A DNA stretch of 40,328 bases from Chiloscyllium plagiosum (lineage: Eukaryota). The DNA lies in the NCBI RefSeq assembly GCF_004010195.1, contig NC_057749.1, forward strand, positions 15,433,726 through 15,474,053, in the 5' to 3' direction. Below, piece after piece: positions 10,970 to 22,900 of this stretch (the stretch's first letter is position 1; each line of letters begins with the position of its first letter). The translations under genes and the position numbers were made by a program. The notes under the pieces were generated by a model. The model saw only the letters and a program-made list of their open reading frames with translations. It was not told the DNA's origin and made no database searches.

Positions 10970-10996
10970 CCCCCCCCCCCCCCCCCCCCCCCCCCC
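10970..10996. repeat. Poly-C tract (27 nt) within a degenerate CR1 fragment
   Basis: Directly visible. Confidence 0.9.
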
Positions 10997-11384
10997 GGTT
11001 CCTCATGTTGTCTCTCTCTCTCTCGCTATCTACTCCAGGGCACCCCAAAGTTTTGTTTGGGACCACAAACAGTTTGCAAGGTCTGAGCCAGCAATGATCG
11101 CTGTGGGACATTGACAGAGAGATATATCAGCGGTCCTGCTCCTGGAACAGGCCCTGCACTCACAGTTCTTAGAGTTTACAACAATTTCCAAGCCTCAAAA
11201 TGAGGTCACAGGGTTTGGGATCCTCTGATTTGCTGTGTCCAGACCCTTTCTAATTTTACACACCTCCAACAAATCACCTCCTAATCTTATATTAGCTGAA
11301 CAGTTCCAGATTCTCCAGTCTTACCTTGCAACTGAACATTCTCATTGACGGGATGTTTAGATCTGCTGGAAATTGTCCTATAGG

Positions 11385-11670
11385 ATGTGGGCATCACTGA
11401 CTGAGCCAGCATTTATTGCCCATCCCTAAATGCCCCTCGAGAAGGTGGTGGCGAGGTACCTTCATGACGTGCCGCAGTCTTTGGGGTGTAGTTACACCCA
11501 TGGCACTGTTAGGGAGGGAGTTCCAGGATTTTGACCCAATGACAGTGAAGGAACGGTGATATATTGCCAAGTCAGGCTGGTGTGAGGTGACATTCCCATT
11601 TTTCTTATATTTCTCAGTGGAAGAGATAGGGATTTGGAATATGCTGTTGAAGAAGGTTTGATGAGTTGCT
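11385..11670 (-). mobile_element. LINE 3' fragment (family of 860-1475)
   Basis: Reverse-complement tail match. Confidence 0.7.
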
Positions 11671-12334
11671 CTTGCACCAGTTATGATAAAGCCAAAGTAG
11701 GAAAGGCTGAAACTTGACACCCCGTCTGCGCTGAGATCGGGGAGTTTAGTTGCTGAGTAACCAGTGTGAGGACTCACAGTCCTGAATATTATGGCAGTTG
11801 GTAGGAATCTGGATCGGAGGTGATTCACACTTAACACATGTTCTCAGGACTCGTACAGAAGGGTAATACAGGTTGAGACCCAGAACTTAGGATGGAAGTG
11901 GAACAAAGAGAAAGGCAATTTCAAACACAATTCCAAATGAAAATAAGATATGACTTTCTGCATCTCTTTCACTCAATCTGAGGTACAGCAATTGACGGCT
12001 TCACACAATGCTGTGCACAATTCTCTCCACAAGCGACGAAAATTGACAGGCAAAGCCTTTTTTTTTATTAAATCTGCAAAAGATAAATATATCTGAAATT
12101 CAAAAGTCAATAAAGAACTTGATGGCTGTGTTCACACATCAGAATTGGTGGATTGAAGAGGGCAAAAGTGTCACTCGTGCAGCCCAGTTGAAATTTGTCA
12201 GAATTTGTTCCAGATCTAAAGCAAATGTGATTGCAAATCAAGCTTATCAATTCTAATAAGAAAAATACAAGCTTACTGACAGCCTTTAAGCAATTTTTGA
12301 TGGTGCTTTCCACAGCCTTCATGAAAGATGTAAA

Positions 12335-12870
12335 GTTTTTCTTGGTCATTCATGGGAGGTGGGCATCGCTGGCCGGTCCAGCATTTATTGTCTGTCCTTG
12401 CTCCCTTGAGAAGGTGGGGGTGAGCTGCCTTCTTGAACCACTGCAGTGCATGTGCTGTAGATAGACCCAAAATGCCCTCAGGGAGGGAATTCCAGGATTT
12501 TGACCCAGTGACGCTGAAGGAACAGTGATATATTTCCAAATTAGGATAGTGATAAGCTCAGAGGGGAACTTGAAGGTCGTGGTGTTCCCACTTACCTGCT
12601 GCCCTTGACCTTCTAGATGGTAGCAGCCATGGGTTTAACTGGAAGGTGTTGTCTAAGGATGTTGGGTAAATTTCTGCATTGTATCTCGTAGATGGTACAC
12701 ACTGCAGCTACTGAACGTCGGTGGTGGAGGGAGTGGATGCTTGTGGATGTGGTACCAATCAAGCGGCTGCTTTGTCCTGGAGGGTGTCGAGCTTCTTGAG
12801 TGTTGTTAGAGCTGCCCCCTCCAGGCAAATGGGGAATATTCGATCACACTCCTGACGTGTGCCTTGTAGA
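12335..12870 (-). mobile_element. LINE 3' fragment (family of 860-1475)
   Basis: Reverse-complement match over about 530 bp. Confidence 0.78.
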
Positions 12871-12939
12871 CAATGAAAAGTTCTTAAAGTAGTTCAGCTT
12901 ATAGTTTAATGACATTTCTTCATTTAAAAGGACTCAGTA

Positions 12940-13290
12940 CTCCATACCACATGTTAGAATAGACAGGGTAGATGCAGAAAAGGTGTTCTCAATAATCTGA
13001 CAGTCCAGAACCAGCAACCACAGTCTAAGGAAGAGGGGAAGGACAGAGATAAGGGAGTTTTAACCCAGAGAGTTGTGAGCCTTTGGAATTCTCTGCCACA
13101 GGAAACTGTTCAGATCAAAACATTGAAGAATTTCAAGGAAGATAAAGATATAATTCTTCTAGAGGGATCAAAGGATATGGAAAGACAGCGGGAACCATGT
13201 ACTGAGTTGGATGATTAGCCATGATCATATTAAACAACAGAGCAGGCTTGAAGGGCTGAATGGCCTACTCCTTCTCCTATATTCTATGTT
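12940..13290 (+). mobile_element. CR1 LINE 3' end
   Basis: QRVVSLWNSLP remnant and the GGGCTGAATGGCCTACTCC..TTCTATGTT tail. Confidence 0.75.
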
Positions 13291-13542
13291 TTGGGGAGAA
13301 TGTTGGTAATTGTTGGAAACTGTTCCAATTCCGAAGGGGAGTCAAATTGAAATTGAGTTTGTTTCTCCCTCCACAAATGCTGGCAGAGCCGAGTTTCTAC
13401 AGCACTTTCCAGTTTTATTTGAGAAGACTGAAGAGGTGGCTGGCATGAAGCATGGATCTGTTGGACTGAATGGCCTGTTTGTGGTGGGTGCCTGTCCAGT
13501 TTGTTTTGTTTTATGCTAATTTAACACAGCTCTCTTGGTCCT

Positions 13543-13808
13543 AGATTTGATTACTTACAGTGTGGAAACAGGCCCTTTGGCCCAACAAGTCCACATCGAC
13601 CCACCGAAGCGCAATCCACCCAGACCCATTCCCCTACATTTACCCCTTCTACTAACACTACGGGTAATTTAGCGGGTAATTTTTGGACTGTGGGAGGAAA
13701 CCAGAGAATGTACAAACTCCACACAATCAGTCGCCTGAGGCAGGAATTGAACCCGGGTCTCTGGCGCTGTGAGGCAGCAGTGCTAACCACTGTGCCACCA
13801 TGCCGCCC
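13543..13808 (-). mobile_element. HE1-type SINE (internally deleted)
   Basis: Reverse complement of 4121-4435 with deletions. Confidence 0.88.
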
Positions 13809-16800
13809 ATGGTGTTATCCTAATGTGATAACTGGAGAAATTGTTCAAGGGTACTGTCAAGTTAAATCAAGACAGTATTAGGGCTCCAATCAATTCAGAA
13901 TATACTAAGGAACAGTTTGACTACAAATTAGTCCATGGTCACAATGAGATATGACCTGAAACTGCTAGAATCTAATTAAGGTCATTAAGGACTGAAAACT
14001 CAATATATTAACTGTCATTTTCATACCTCCTTAGTCTGGTCATAAGCCAGATGAATGAGTACACAAAGTTCAGTAGGCATTTCAAAAAACATGATGGGGA
14101 ACTCCTAATGGGGATAAAAATGTAACAGTTCAATCAAATTTTGTCATTTTTAAACGGACTCAGTGCTTCATTCTGAACATTATAAGACAAATATTGTGGT
14201 GTAGCCACTGATTGGCAGTAAGCATGAGGATTTAAAAACAACTTAGTCTTCATTCCTGGTGGTATTGAGTGAAGGAGGTCAGAAAAGTTCCAAAGGTAGT
14301 GAGCTCTGGGGACCATACGGATAGGAGCTCAGCCCCCAAAACTCTGACCTGACCAATCAACTGACATGCCAATCATCACTGCATGGTTCTGTACTTATTC
14401 CTTAAGTATGATGCTTTCCCTAACTTTTTCAGTTATCCATGGATTGTGGATCCTCTCATTAGAATTTTTCTATGTGCTAGGAATAGACTTATTTTGACTA
14501 TTCTGAAATTATCCCCTTAAATGTCTGCCACTGTTGATCTAACACCCAACCTGATATGCAGTTTGTTTCAGCCAGCTCAGCTTTCTGCCCACAACGTTGC
14601 TCTTATTTCAGTTTAAAAAACTTATCCTAGCCCCTACCTTCTTCCTCACAATTGGATATAAAATTCAATCCTATTGTGCTTGCTGCTACCTAGGGGTATA
14701 TTTACTCACGTTATTAATTAATCCTTCACATTATGCGGTGCCAAGTCTAATATAATCTGCTGTTTGTCTATATCCCTCTGCATCATCCTCAGCATGTGTC
14801 TTCCCACCTATTTTTGTCATTGGCAAACTTGGCCATGGTGCATACAATTACTTCTTACAAGTCATTAGGGTATATTTTAAACTATTGTGACCTCTGTGGC
14901 ACTTCACTATAGGTGGTCATCCTGTAGATATGTATATATACATGAAGAATAGCCTATAGAAATTATACCAACTCCTTGGCATCCTTTGATAATTCTTTGA
15001 GGATCTCCAGAGCAGAAGGCAGAAATCAGGAGAAAGGACCATTGAAAGTTTTCCACCATCACTCATCATGTTCCATTGCAAAAATCCCCTTTAGCTTAAA
15101 GAGGCACTGCTTAGAGACTGTGGAGTCCACAAGAGATTAGTCAAGCTAAATAACTCCAAATATGCAGAGGGGAAGGGAGAGAGAACAGGAAATTATTCCC
15201 AGAAAATAATTCCTAATAAATCACAAGTAACCATCTCACTGCAACTGGAAGCATTGTAGCTAAAATCCCCGAGTTCAAAATCTTCAGGGAATCACCGAAT
15301 CACTGAGATGAATAGAGATCTTATTACTTCCAATATAAGGTATTCTCAACGCTGCTTTAGCTGCTGAACATTGATGCTACCGTCGTACTCTGCTATGAAA
15401 TTCTTAAGGTTAAAACTGTGACAGTTAGCCTTATAAAGCATGTCATGTCAAATTAACAAAGCAGAGACAACAAAAGGAAAGAAGTCAGTGAGATAAAATA
15501 ACCAGACCACAGCTCTACAAATCCCATTGCATGAATTGGCATGCTTACTGATCTGTGAAGTTAAATGATTATAATTGCTGAGCTCTGCAAGCTTGGTTCT
15601 GTGCAGCTAATGTTTAATAGAAATCGGAATGGAATTGAGGGAATTATTTGCATCATTATTATCTTTCATTTTCTGAACATACTGTGTCATCAGCGCTTTA
15701 CTTTAAAGGGAATAACTGTTCTCCAAGTTTATTGTCACTTCTGAGGAACGGTCACTGGACCCAAAATGTTAATTCTGCTTTCTTTTTACAGACCTGCTGA
15801 GTTTTTCCAGTAAAATCTGTTTATGTTTCTAATTTCCAGCATCTACAGTTCTTCGCTTTTTTGAGTCATGTAATGTTCCATTCCTCTCTCAAGCCATCAA
15901 CTGTCAATTGTGATTTGAGATTTTCCTTCATGTCATCATATTATTTCATACACAGCTAAAAAAAAAGCCTGCCTGTTTTCAGAGGATTTAATGAAGGTCT
16001 TCAGAATCTTATGCCATCTCTGCTTACTTACACACTTAGCAAATATAGTTCAAATTTATGCAATCAGGTTGACAATAGAATTGTGCTATTGCCTCTCCCC
16101 ATTACCCTCATACAAGCTGTCTCAGACTGGAAGCTGACAAGTGGACAGTCTCTTCCTGTCACACTGAGGACTGGTACTCCACTACAGGTGGCCATCCTAT
16201 AAATATACACTTGTACATGAAAAGCAAGGTATTGAAGAACAGCTTACGTAAATTAAACTCAACCTCTTGGTTTCCTTTGACAATTATTTGAAGATCTCCA
16301 GAGCAAACAGCAGAAATCAGGAGAAAGGACCATCACACCACCCATAAATTCACATATATCATTGTCTGACTGCAATAGGGTGCCTTAAATATTAAATTAT
16401 TTGGAAGAATTTCTGTTCCAGCTACAATTCACATACACTTCACCAATAGCAGAGGGAATGTCACACCTTCCCACCAATGTCGATTATGGAAGTTCTGTAC
16501 TTATTTAAATTCTATTTAATTGTGAATTTATTCTTCAATAACTCTATACCTTTTCAACTAAATGCTTTTACTTTAGTTCCAATCTGTTCATTTACGAACA
16601 AGTGTGTAGCTAATATTTCTGATTTTCTGTATTTGACTAGAAGAGAGTACAATGAGGACGTGAGGGAGAGAAAGCCCATGTCGGATTGAATATTTAGAAT
16701 TTCAATAGCACAAGAGAGAAAAGTTTAAATAAGTAATAATAATGATAACAGAATTGATAAAATGGAAATGGACACAACATTCAAATATTGGATTGGCTTT

Positions 16801-17434
16801 TAAAGCTGATGTATTTTCCAAAATAATTTTGTAATTGAGAAAGGCAAGAGCTGAATATAACTTTAAAGACTACCTACTATATAGATAAGATTGTGTTATA
16901 AACCTCTCAGGAAGTTTGAGTTGTTGTGACAACATATTTATTTTAAGTGCATGTGGTAGCCTAGAGTTATGGCTAATTAAGGTAGAGGTTTCTATATTAT
17001 TTTCCATGATGAGTCTGACCAGGAATTCTGCTGTTCTTATTGCCTGTATTGGAAGAATTTATGGGTTGACAATCAATCTGGTCACATAATGAACAAACCT
17101 TCCTTGGCCAATTCAGTCTTGGAGTGGGACTTGAACCTGGGGTTTCAAGAGGCAGAGACATTACCCCCTCAACCAGAAAATCTCTGAAGTGTGAAAGGAA
17201 CCAACATTAAATGCTGATCAGAGATTCAATCAATAGTTTTAGCTCTGGGGCACGAAGAGTCATATTCTTTGGATGCATCCAGCTCCCAGAGTTTAGCTGT
17301 GACTTTTGTCACTGCAAATGTGTCCACTCAGTCCCAGGTTTCGGGTCAGTTAGATTTGCGTGTACAATGCCTGCTACATCCACTAAGTGCCAAAACCTTC
17401 CACAACCTTCATAATACAGGAATTTACATCAATG

Positions 17435-17750
17435 GGATAGTGACTGTGTTGTGATAATGTCACTGGACCAGCAACTCAGAGCCCCAGGTTAATGTTCTGA
17501 AGGTGTGGGTTCAGATCCCACCATGGCAGCATTTATACTCAATAAAGAGCTGGCTTAATGGTAATCAGTTAACCACTGTCAATTGGTGTAAAAGTCCATC
17601 TTGTTCACTATTGCCCTTTTGATGTCCTTTTCTGGTTTACATGTTTCCGGACCCACAATACAGTGTGGTTGACTCTCAATTACCCTGTTGACAATTCGGG
17701 ATGGGCAATAAATGTTGGCCCAGCCAGTAATAGCCATATCCTATGAACAA
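17435..17750 (+). mobile_element. tRNA-derived SINE sharing the LINE 3' tail
   Basis: B-box-like GGTTCAGATCCC; tail GGGATGGGCAATAAATG..GGCCCAGCCAG. Confidence 0.65.
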
Positions 17751-18969
17751 TCTTTTTGAAAAACTGCCCACACTAAGGCTGGCTGGCACTACCAACATTC
17801 CTTTCAAGCATAATCTTTGAGTTGAACTTGAGATCAGTTCCAGAGATGAAATGTTTGTAATTTGACACTGCTTGTTGCTGGCCCAGAATGAACCATGTTT
17901 AATTTCTCCTGCCATGAACAAAAATGTAACTAATTTATTAAAATGTAGGGGATAGTCAAATGGGGCGTTGCATATTGAATGCATTTATAAAGCACCAGCA
18001 ATATGATAAAACATGGTAAGACACTTCACAGGAGCAGACTCTTAGCCAATGAAGGATACTTTAGTGCAGCTGTTGAAAAGGTTGGTGAGTGAAGTCCATT
18101 TTAGAGAGTCGGAACCTTAAAAGGGAGGGAGTGAGAAGTGGAGATGTTGAAGTGGAGGAAACCAAATCATAAGGTCTGGACAGTTCGGGTATGACTGCCT
18201 GTGGTGAGAGTGAAGGAAGTCAGGGTTATACAAGAAGTCATTGTTACAGAGCTAACTCAACTTAAAGGGATGCTTTGGGTATATAAAGGAGGATTTGAAC
18301 TGGAAAAGAAAAAGGGGAAACAGGGATGGGGAAAATAAAGGAGGAAGAATGAAAGAAGGACTATGGAAATAAAGCTGTGGTAAATGAATGATGAAACTGA
18401 TTATGAAAAAGTATCTAACTCTCTAAGAGATTGTATTTTGTTCAAGTTCCTGTTCAAAGATGAATTATCTGCAGAAATATTACATTTATCATACTGTTTT
18501 TCTTTTAACAGCCTAGTAATGCAACAACATTCAACAATCATAGGGTAAACGCAGTTCAGCGATGGCTTCCCTCATCTTCAGAACCAGAGGCAGTGGGTCA
18601 TGTCACTTACTGAAAACTTTCTCTGAATACCTTTCAGTCGGGGGAAAGAGAGAGTGAAGGCAGCTGGTGACCAGTTTTGCAACAGACAGTCACTTTCACC
18701 TGGAGCACCATAAAATTAAATTAACATTAAAATAAATCAAAGCGAATTTTTGAAAGAAAAATGATCTTACAAAGTTCTTTAAATAATAATGGCACACATT
18801 CCAATCATAAGCTAAAACATGTTTAAATCTTATTTAAATAATTGAGAGTGCTTGCTTTATCTAAAATTAACAGGTTAACTTCAGTACTATAGTCAGTCTG
18901 GGATTTGTGACTTCATACACTATATATGTTTGATAATTAATCTCCTTATAGATTTTTTTAAAAATCACT

Positions 18970-19582
18970 ATGTTCAAGTATGTTATGGCACATTTCTGGA
19001 ACAGGTGGGACTTGAACCTAGATCTCCTATCATAGAATCTCTATAGTGTGAAAGCAGGCCATTTGGCCCATCAAGAGCATCCCATCCAGACTCACCCCCT
19101 ACCCTATCCCTGTAACTCTGTGTTTCCCATTGCCAATCCACTTAACCTGCACATCATTGGACGGTGGGAGAAAATTGGAACACCTGGAGGAAACCCATGC
19201 AGACATGGGGAGAATGTGTAAACTCCATGCAGTTACCTGAGAGTGGAACCCAGGTCCCTGACACTGTGAGGCAGCAGTACCAACCACTAAGCCACCATGC
19301 CATCCTAGTGAGCTTCATGCCGTACCTAGTCCATAGGTAAGGACACTACCACTGCATAACAAGACACAATAATATTACAGATATTTTCTAACCCACCTGT
19401 TCAGAGATGTTATGACGCACCTCTGCAGCAGGTGGGACTTGATCTCTGTCTCTGGCTCAGAGGTAGGAGCTCTGAGCTCAAAACGTTAACTCTTTTTTCT
19501 CTCCAGCCAGATTGGTTGAGTTTCCCGAGAAATTTTTCTGTTTTCGTTTGTTCGGAACACTACCGCTACTCCACAAGAGCCT
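18970..19582 (-). mobile_element. Nested cluster: two short tRNA-like SINEs, one interrupted by an HE1 SINE (about 19031-19305), one by a Penelope-derived unit (about 19475-19553)
   Basis: The uninterrupted reference copy at about 21830-21930 aligns across both insertions. Confidence 0.65.
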
Positions 19583-19714
19583 TCAGTGCGTTTGTCTATT
19601 TGTTTTGATGTTTTAATTTTGAAATTAAACCATGGTCCCAACGAATACACGCAGTATGATGGTTCCTTCTGCCGTGGCCACCCACATTTGGAGATAAGTG
19701 GCAAGGTCTGCCAG

Positions 19715-19800
19715 GGTTGGGCGTGTCAGCATCCTGGACCAGTTATGTGGACAAGTTTGGTGATTATAAAAGGAGGGAGCGATGGCCCATTCAGACAACA
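19715..19800 (+). promoter_or_regulatory. CART-like core promoter
   Basis: TATAAAA at 19765-19771, GGGCGTG Sp/KLF-like box at about 19719, Inr-like TTCAGA about 25 nt past the TATA start, local CpG enrichment. Confidence 0.7.
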
Positions 19801-19803
19801 CCC

Positions 19804-19822
19804 GTGTGTGTGTGTGTGTGTG
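19804..19822. repeat. (GT)n microsatellite in the CART-like 5'UTR
   Basis: Directly visible GT run. Confidence 0.9.
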
Positions 19823-19878
19823 AGTGAGAGAAGTCACTGCAAAGGTTCAAAGACGACGCAGCCGGTGCTTTCAGGACC

Positions 19879-19993
19879 ACGGAGAGTTCCAGTGTTCACC
19901 TGCTCCTGCTGGGTTCTGGTTTCCAACTACCGCTGTGCCAGGGACAGTCCAGGGATACCATCTCCGCGGAAGATTACCCAAGAAACAGAACTG
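19879..19993 (+). pseudogene. CARTPT: CART-like exon 1 coding part (ACG start, frameshift)
   Basis: ACC-ACG-G then ESSSVHLLLLGSGFQLPLCQGQSRDTISAEDY (cf. human MESSRVRLL). The +1 frame ends QETEL (cf. human HEKEL) at donor CTG|gtcagt (19994). 115 nt = phase 1, whereas exon 2 at 22317 needs phase 0. Confidence 0.75.
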
Positions 19994-22900
19994 GTCAGTC
20001 TTAGTAGCACTTCTTATTCTAGCATTGTATTGACTCACCATTTCGCCCAGCCCTTGATACAGTCCCCTCCGTTCCCCTTCTACCCAATAACTCCGCTGCA
20101 CCTGCCACGCTCCCGCATCTTCATCTCCCCAGTCTGCGGAGTGCTGCAGTTGTTTCAAGGTTCTGCTCCTTTCAAAACCATTTCCAATCTAACTTCGAGT
20201 CGGTGTTCCAGTCCAGCTCATTTGCGCTGGAATTTCTATTCCCCCCGCCCCCCCCCCCCAGTCATATTCTCCCCATTGAAATAATCTTGTTCATTTCATT
20301 TGCAAAGAGATTACACTTCCGATTCCAGTTCCTTTCATTATTTTCATTGGAGTCTGGGAACGCGATAACTTAATTTTTGTTTTTAATTTCTTAGTTTCTT
20401 GGTTTTGCAGTTTTGCCTTGCCAGAGCTGTGTGTTTTGCTCAGTTAATCCTCTGAAAAGGAGAGGAATGCAGAAGAGCTTAGAGATTAATTGATTTAGAA
20501 GTTTTGGATTTTTCTCACAGTCATTTCTGAAAGTATTGGTGTTTTAGTTGTTTGGAATAAGATCTCTGACTCCGAGAACTATGTTGCACCTTAATTATTG
20601 GTGCAAAAGGTCTGACTCACAAGAACATCTCTTTTTAAAAAGATGCAAAATAAAGAAGTGAAACTTTTAAGTAAATTGTATCTACAGATTTAAAAGTAAG
20701 TGTAGACATTTTCACATGGCGTAAGCGTCTCTACATTTCAGGCACTTCTCTCTGATAAATCAGATTCAGAAATTTTGTCAGGTGTGACCCAGAGAAAGGC
20801 ACACTTTTTTTGTGAAGTAGACTGGATAATTTCCGATAAAAAAAACTTGTTTCTTTAAATATCCCAATTATATCTTTGATATTCCTCAGTCTTGATGAAA
20901 TGTACCAACCTGAAGTGTTAACACTGACTTTCTCTTCACAGTCACAGCCTGGCCTGTCAAGACTCTTCAACACTTGGTGTTTAGTTCAGATATCCAAAAT
21001 CCACTAACTTTTTACTTCTGCAAATGAAATATTTGAGTAGATAGACTATTGATTTTAATGTAAAAGATACCTTAATTTTTATAATTATTTTATTTACGTC
21101 AGGGTATTTTTCTATGCTGTGTACTTATTAACATGACAAGAATGGATATCTCAAAAATGGTTACACCACAGAAGAAGGCTATTCAGCCCATTGTATCTGA
21201 CCTGGGTCTTTGTAGTGCCATTTCACTGCCTTCACCCCATGACATTTCATTCTTCCTTTTCAAATAATGATTCAATTCCCCTTCAAAAGCCTCAGTTAAA
21301 CCTACCCCACCACACTGTCAGGTTATATATTCCAGATTCTAATCATTTGCTATGTTAAATAGTTTTTACTCACGTCATCATTGCCTCTTTAAATCTGTTT
21401 CCTATTAAATCCTCAATCTTACCAGCACAGGTTACAGCTTTTGCCTATGAACTCTGCGTAGACAGTTATTATTTTCTAATGGGAGATTGATTGGATCTAA
21501 TGGTTACTTTGTCACTGTATATTTGGAATAGATCAGATGATAACACATCACTTCGACAGAGGCTGCCAAGGATACTCCAGGGCTTAAGTAAACAACCTAG
21601 TCTAAATTATGATCATTCATTCTACTATTGATTGCAGAATCATGGTGTGTGCAAACAGCTTTGATGTTGAGTCCATAACAGCAGTAATTGCACACTCAGT
21701 CAGTGTCTTTATACTTCAATCTATGTGAAGTGCTTAGGGACTGTGCTGAAATAAAATATGGTGAAGTGTTAGATAAAGGAAAGACTTTCTTTTGGTATTT
21801 GTGTCAAATTTTAAACATTTTCTAATCAAACTGTTCAGAGATGTTATGATACTTCTCTGGAGCAGATGGGTCTCGAACTCGGACATCCTAGCTCAGAGGT
21901 GGGGACGCCGCCACTGTACCACAAGAAGCTGTAGTGTCCAAATACACTAGTGTTGAGTTTTCCATGTAATAATGAGGGACTGTTAGAATGATGGAGGTGA
22001 CTACTAAGTCCTTTGTTCTGGCAGTTTAGATTGACATTAGTTATTCCATGAAGCTATCCCAGAAAATTAGAGCATTCTCCTGTCAAGCATTCATCCATCA
22101 TTTGACCACCAAATACAAGATTATTCATCCCATTACTATTTAAAGAATCTTGCCATGTGCTTTCTTGCATTCAAAATCTGGATAACATGGTTAAATCTGT
22201 GAGGTGCATAGGAACCATTATGGAATGTAATGATGTGTTAGCTCCATGAAAATCTTGTATTTGTAAATGTTTGTCAAGTAGCAGGAGAACTGATTTTTAA
22301 ACTTTTTAGTTAACAGTTTGCAGCCATGGAAGATATACTCAGGAAAATCCAAAACAGCAGGCTTTCCTCCTATGAGAAAAAGGCTGGACAAATCCCTATG
22401 GTGAGTTTTGGACCAAACCATTTTATTGGCTTTCCGTAGCTGAGTCTATCCCTGGCTGAGGTAATGAAATGAGAAATAATCAGTTGGATCATCAAGACCA
22501 TTCCTTTTTCAGTTCTTACCTCAATCAATGACAACACCAATAAGATTTCTTCTTACGCCAGATCAATCTAACAGATGTATTAAAATATTGCTCCCTTTTG
22601 TGAACAAGTTAAGTTTGACTTTATAGCTTTAATAAGGAACTTATTGTTTGACTTTAAAGAGTCAGTTCATATCACACTATTGGTGAATGAAATTAGTTCT
22701 TAATATTGAGCAAAATTAATTGTTCCATATTTCCATTTTTTTTGCCAGATTAAAATATCATGCATAGTAAAAAGTTTAAATTTACCTGACACATTTCCAA
22801 ACATGACAATTCAAGTGTTATCTTGCTTTCGCTTCAATCCCTCCAGTATTTACAATATACTATAAGAGAGAATTATCATAAATGAGTTCAGGCTGTGAAT

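Noticed and set aside
15025..15072. C/D snoRNA-like ATGATGA...CTGA on the minus strand
   Set aside because: Only about 44 nt between boxes, and the C box is absent from the duplicate copy.
19586..20284. 232-aa ORF over the CART promoter and exon 1
   Set aside because: Starts upstream of the TATA box, runs through a GT microsatellite and into the intron; only QETEL is CART-homologous.
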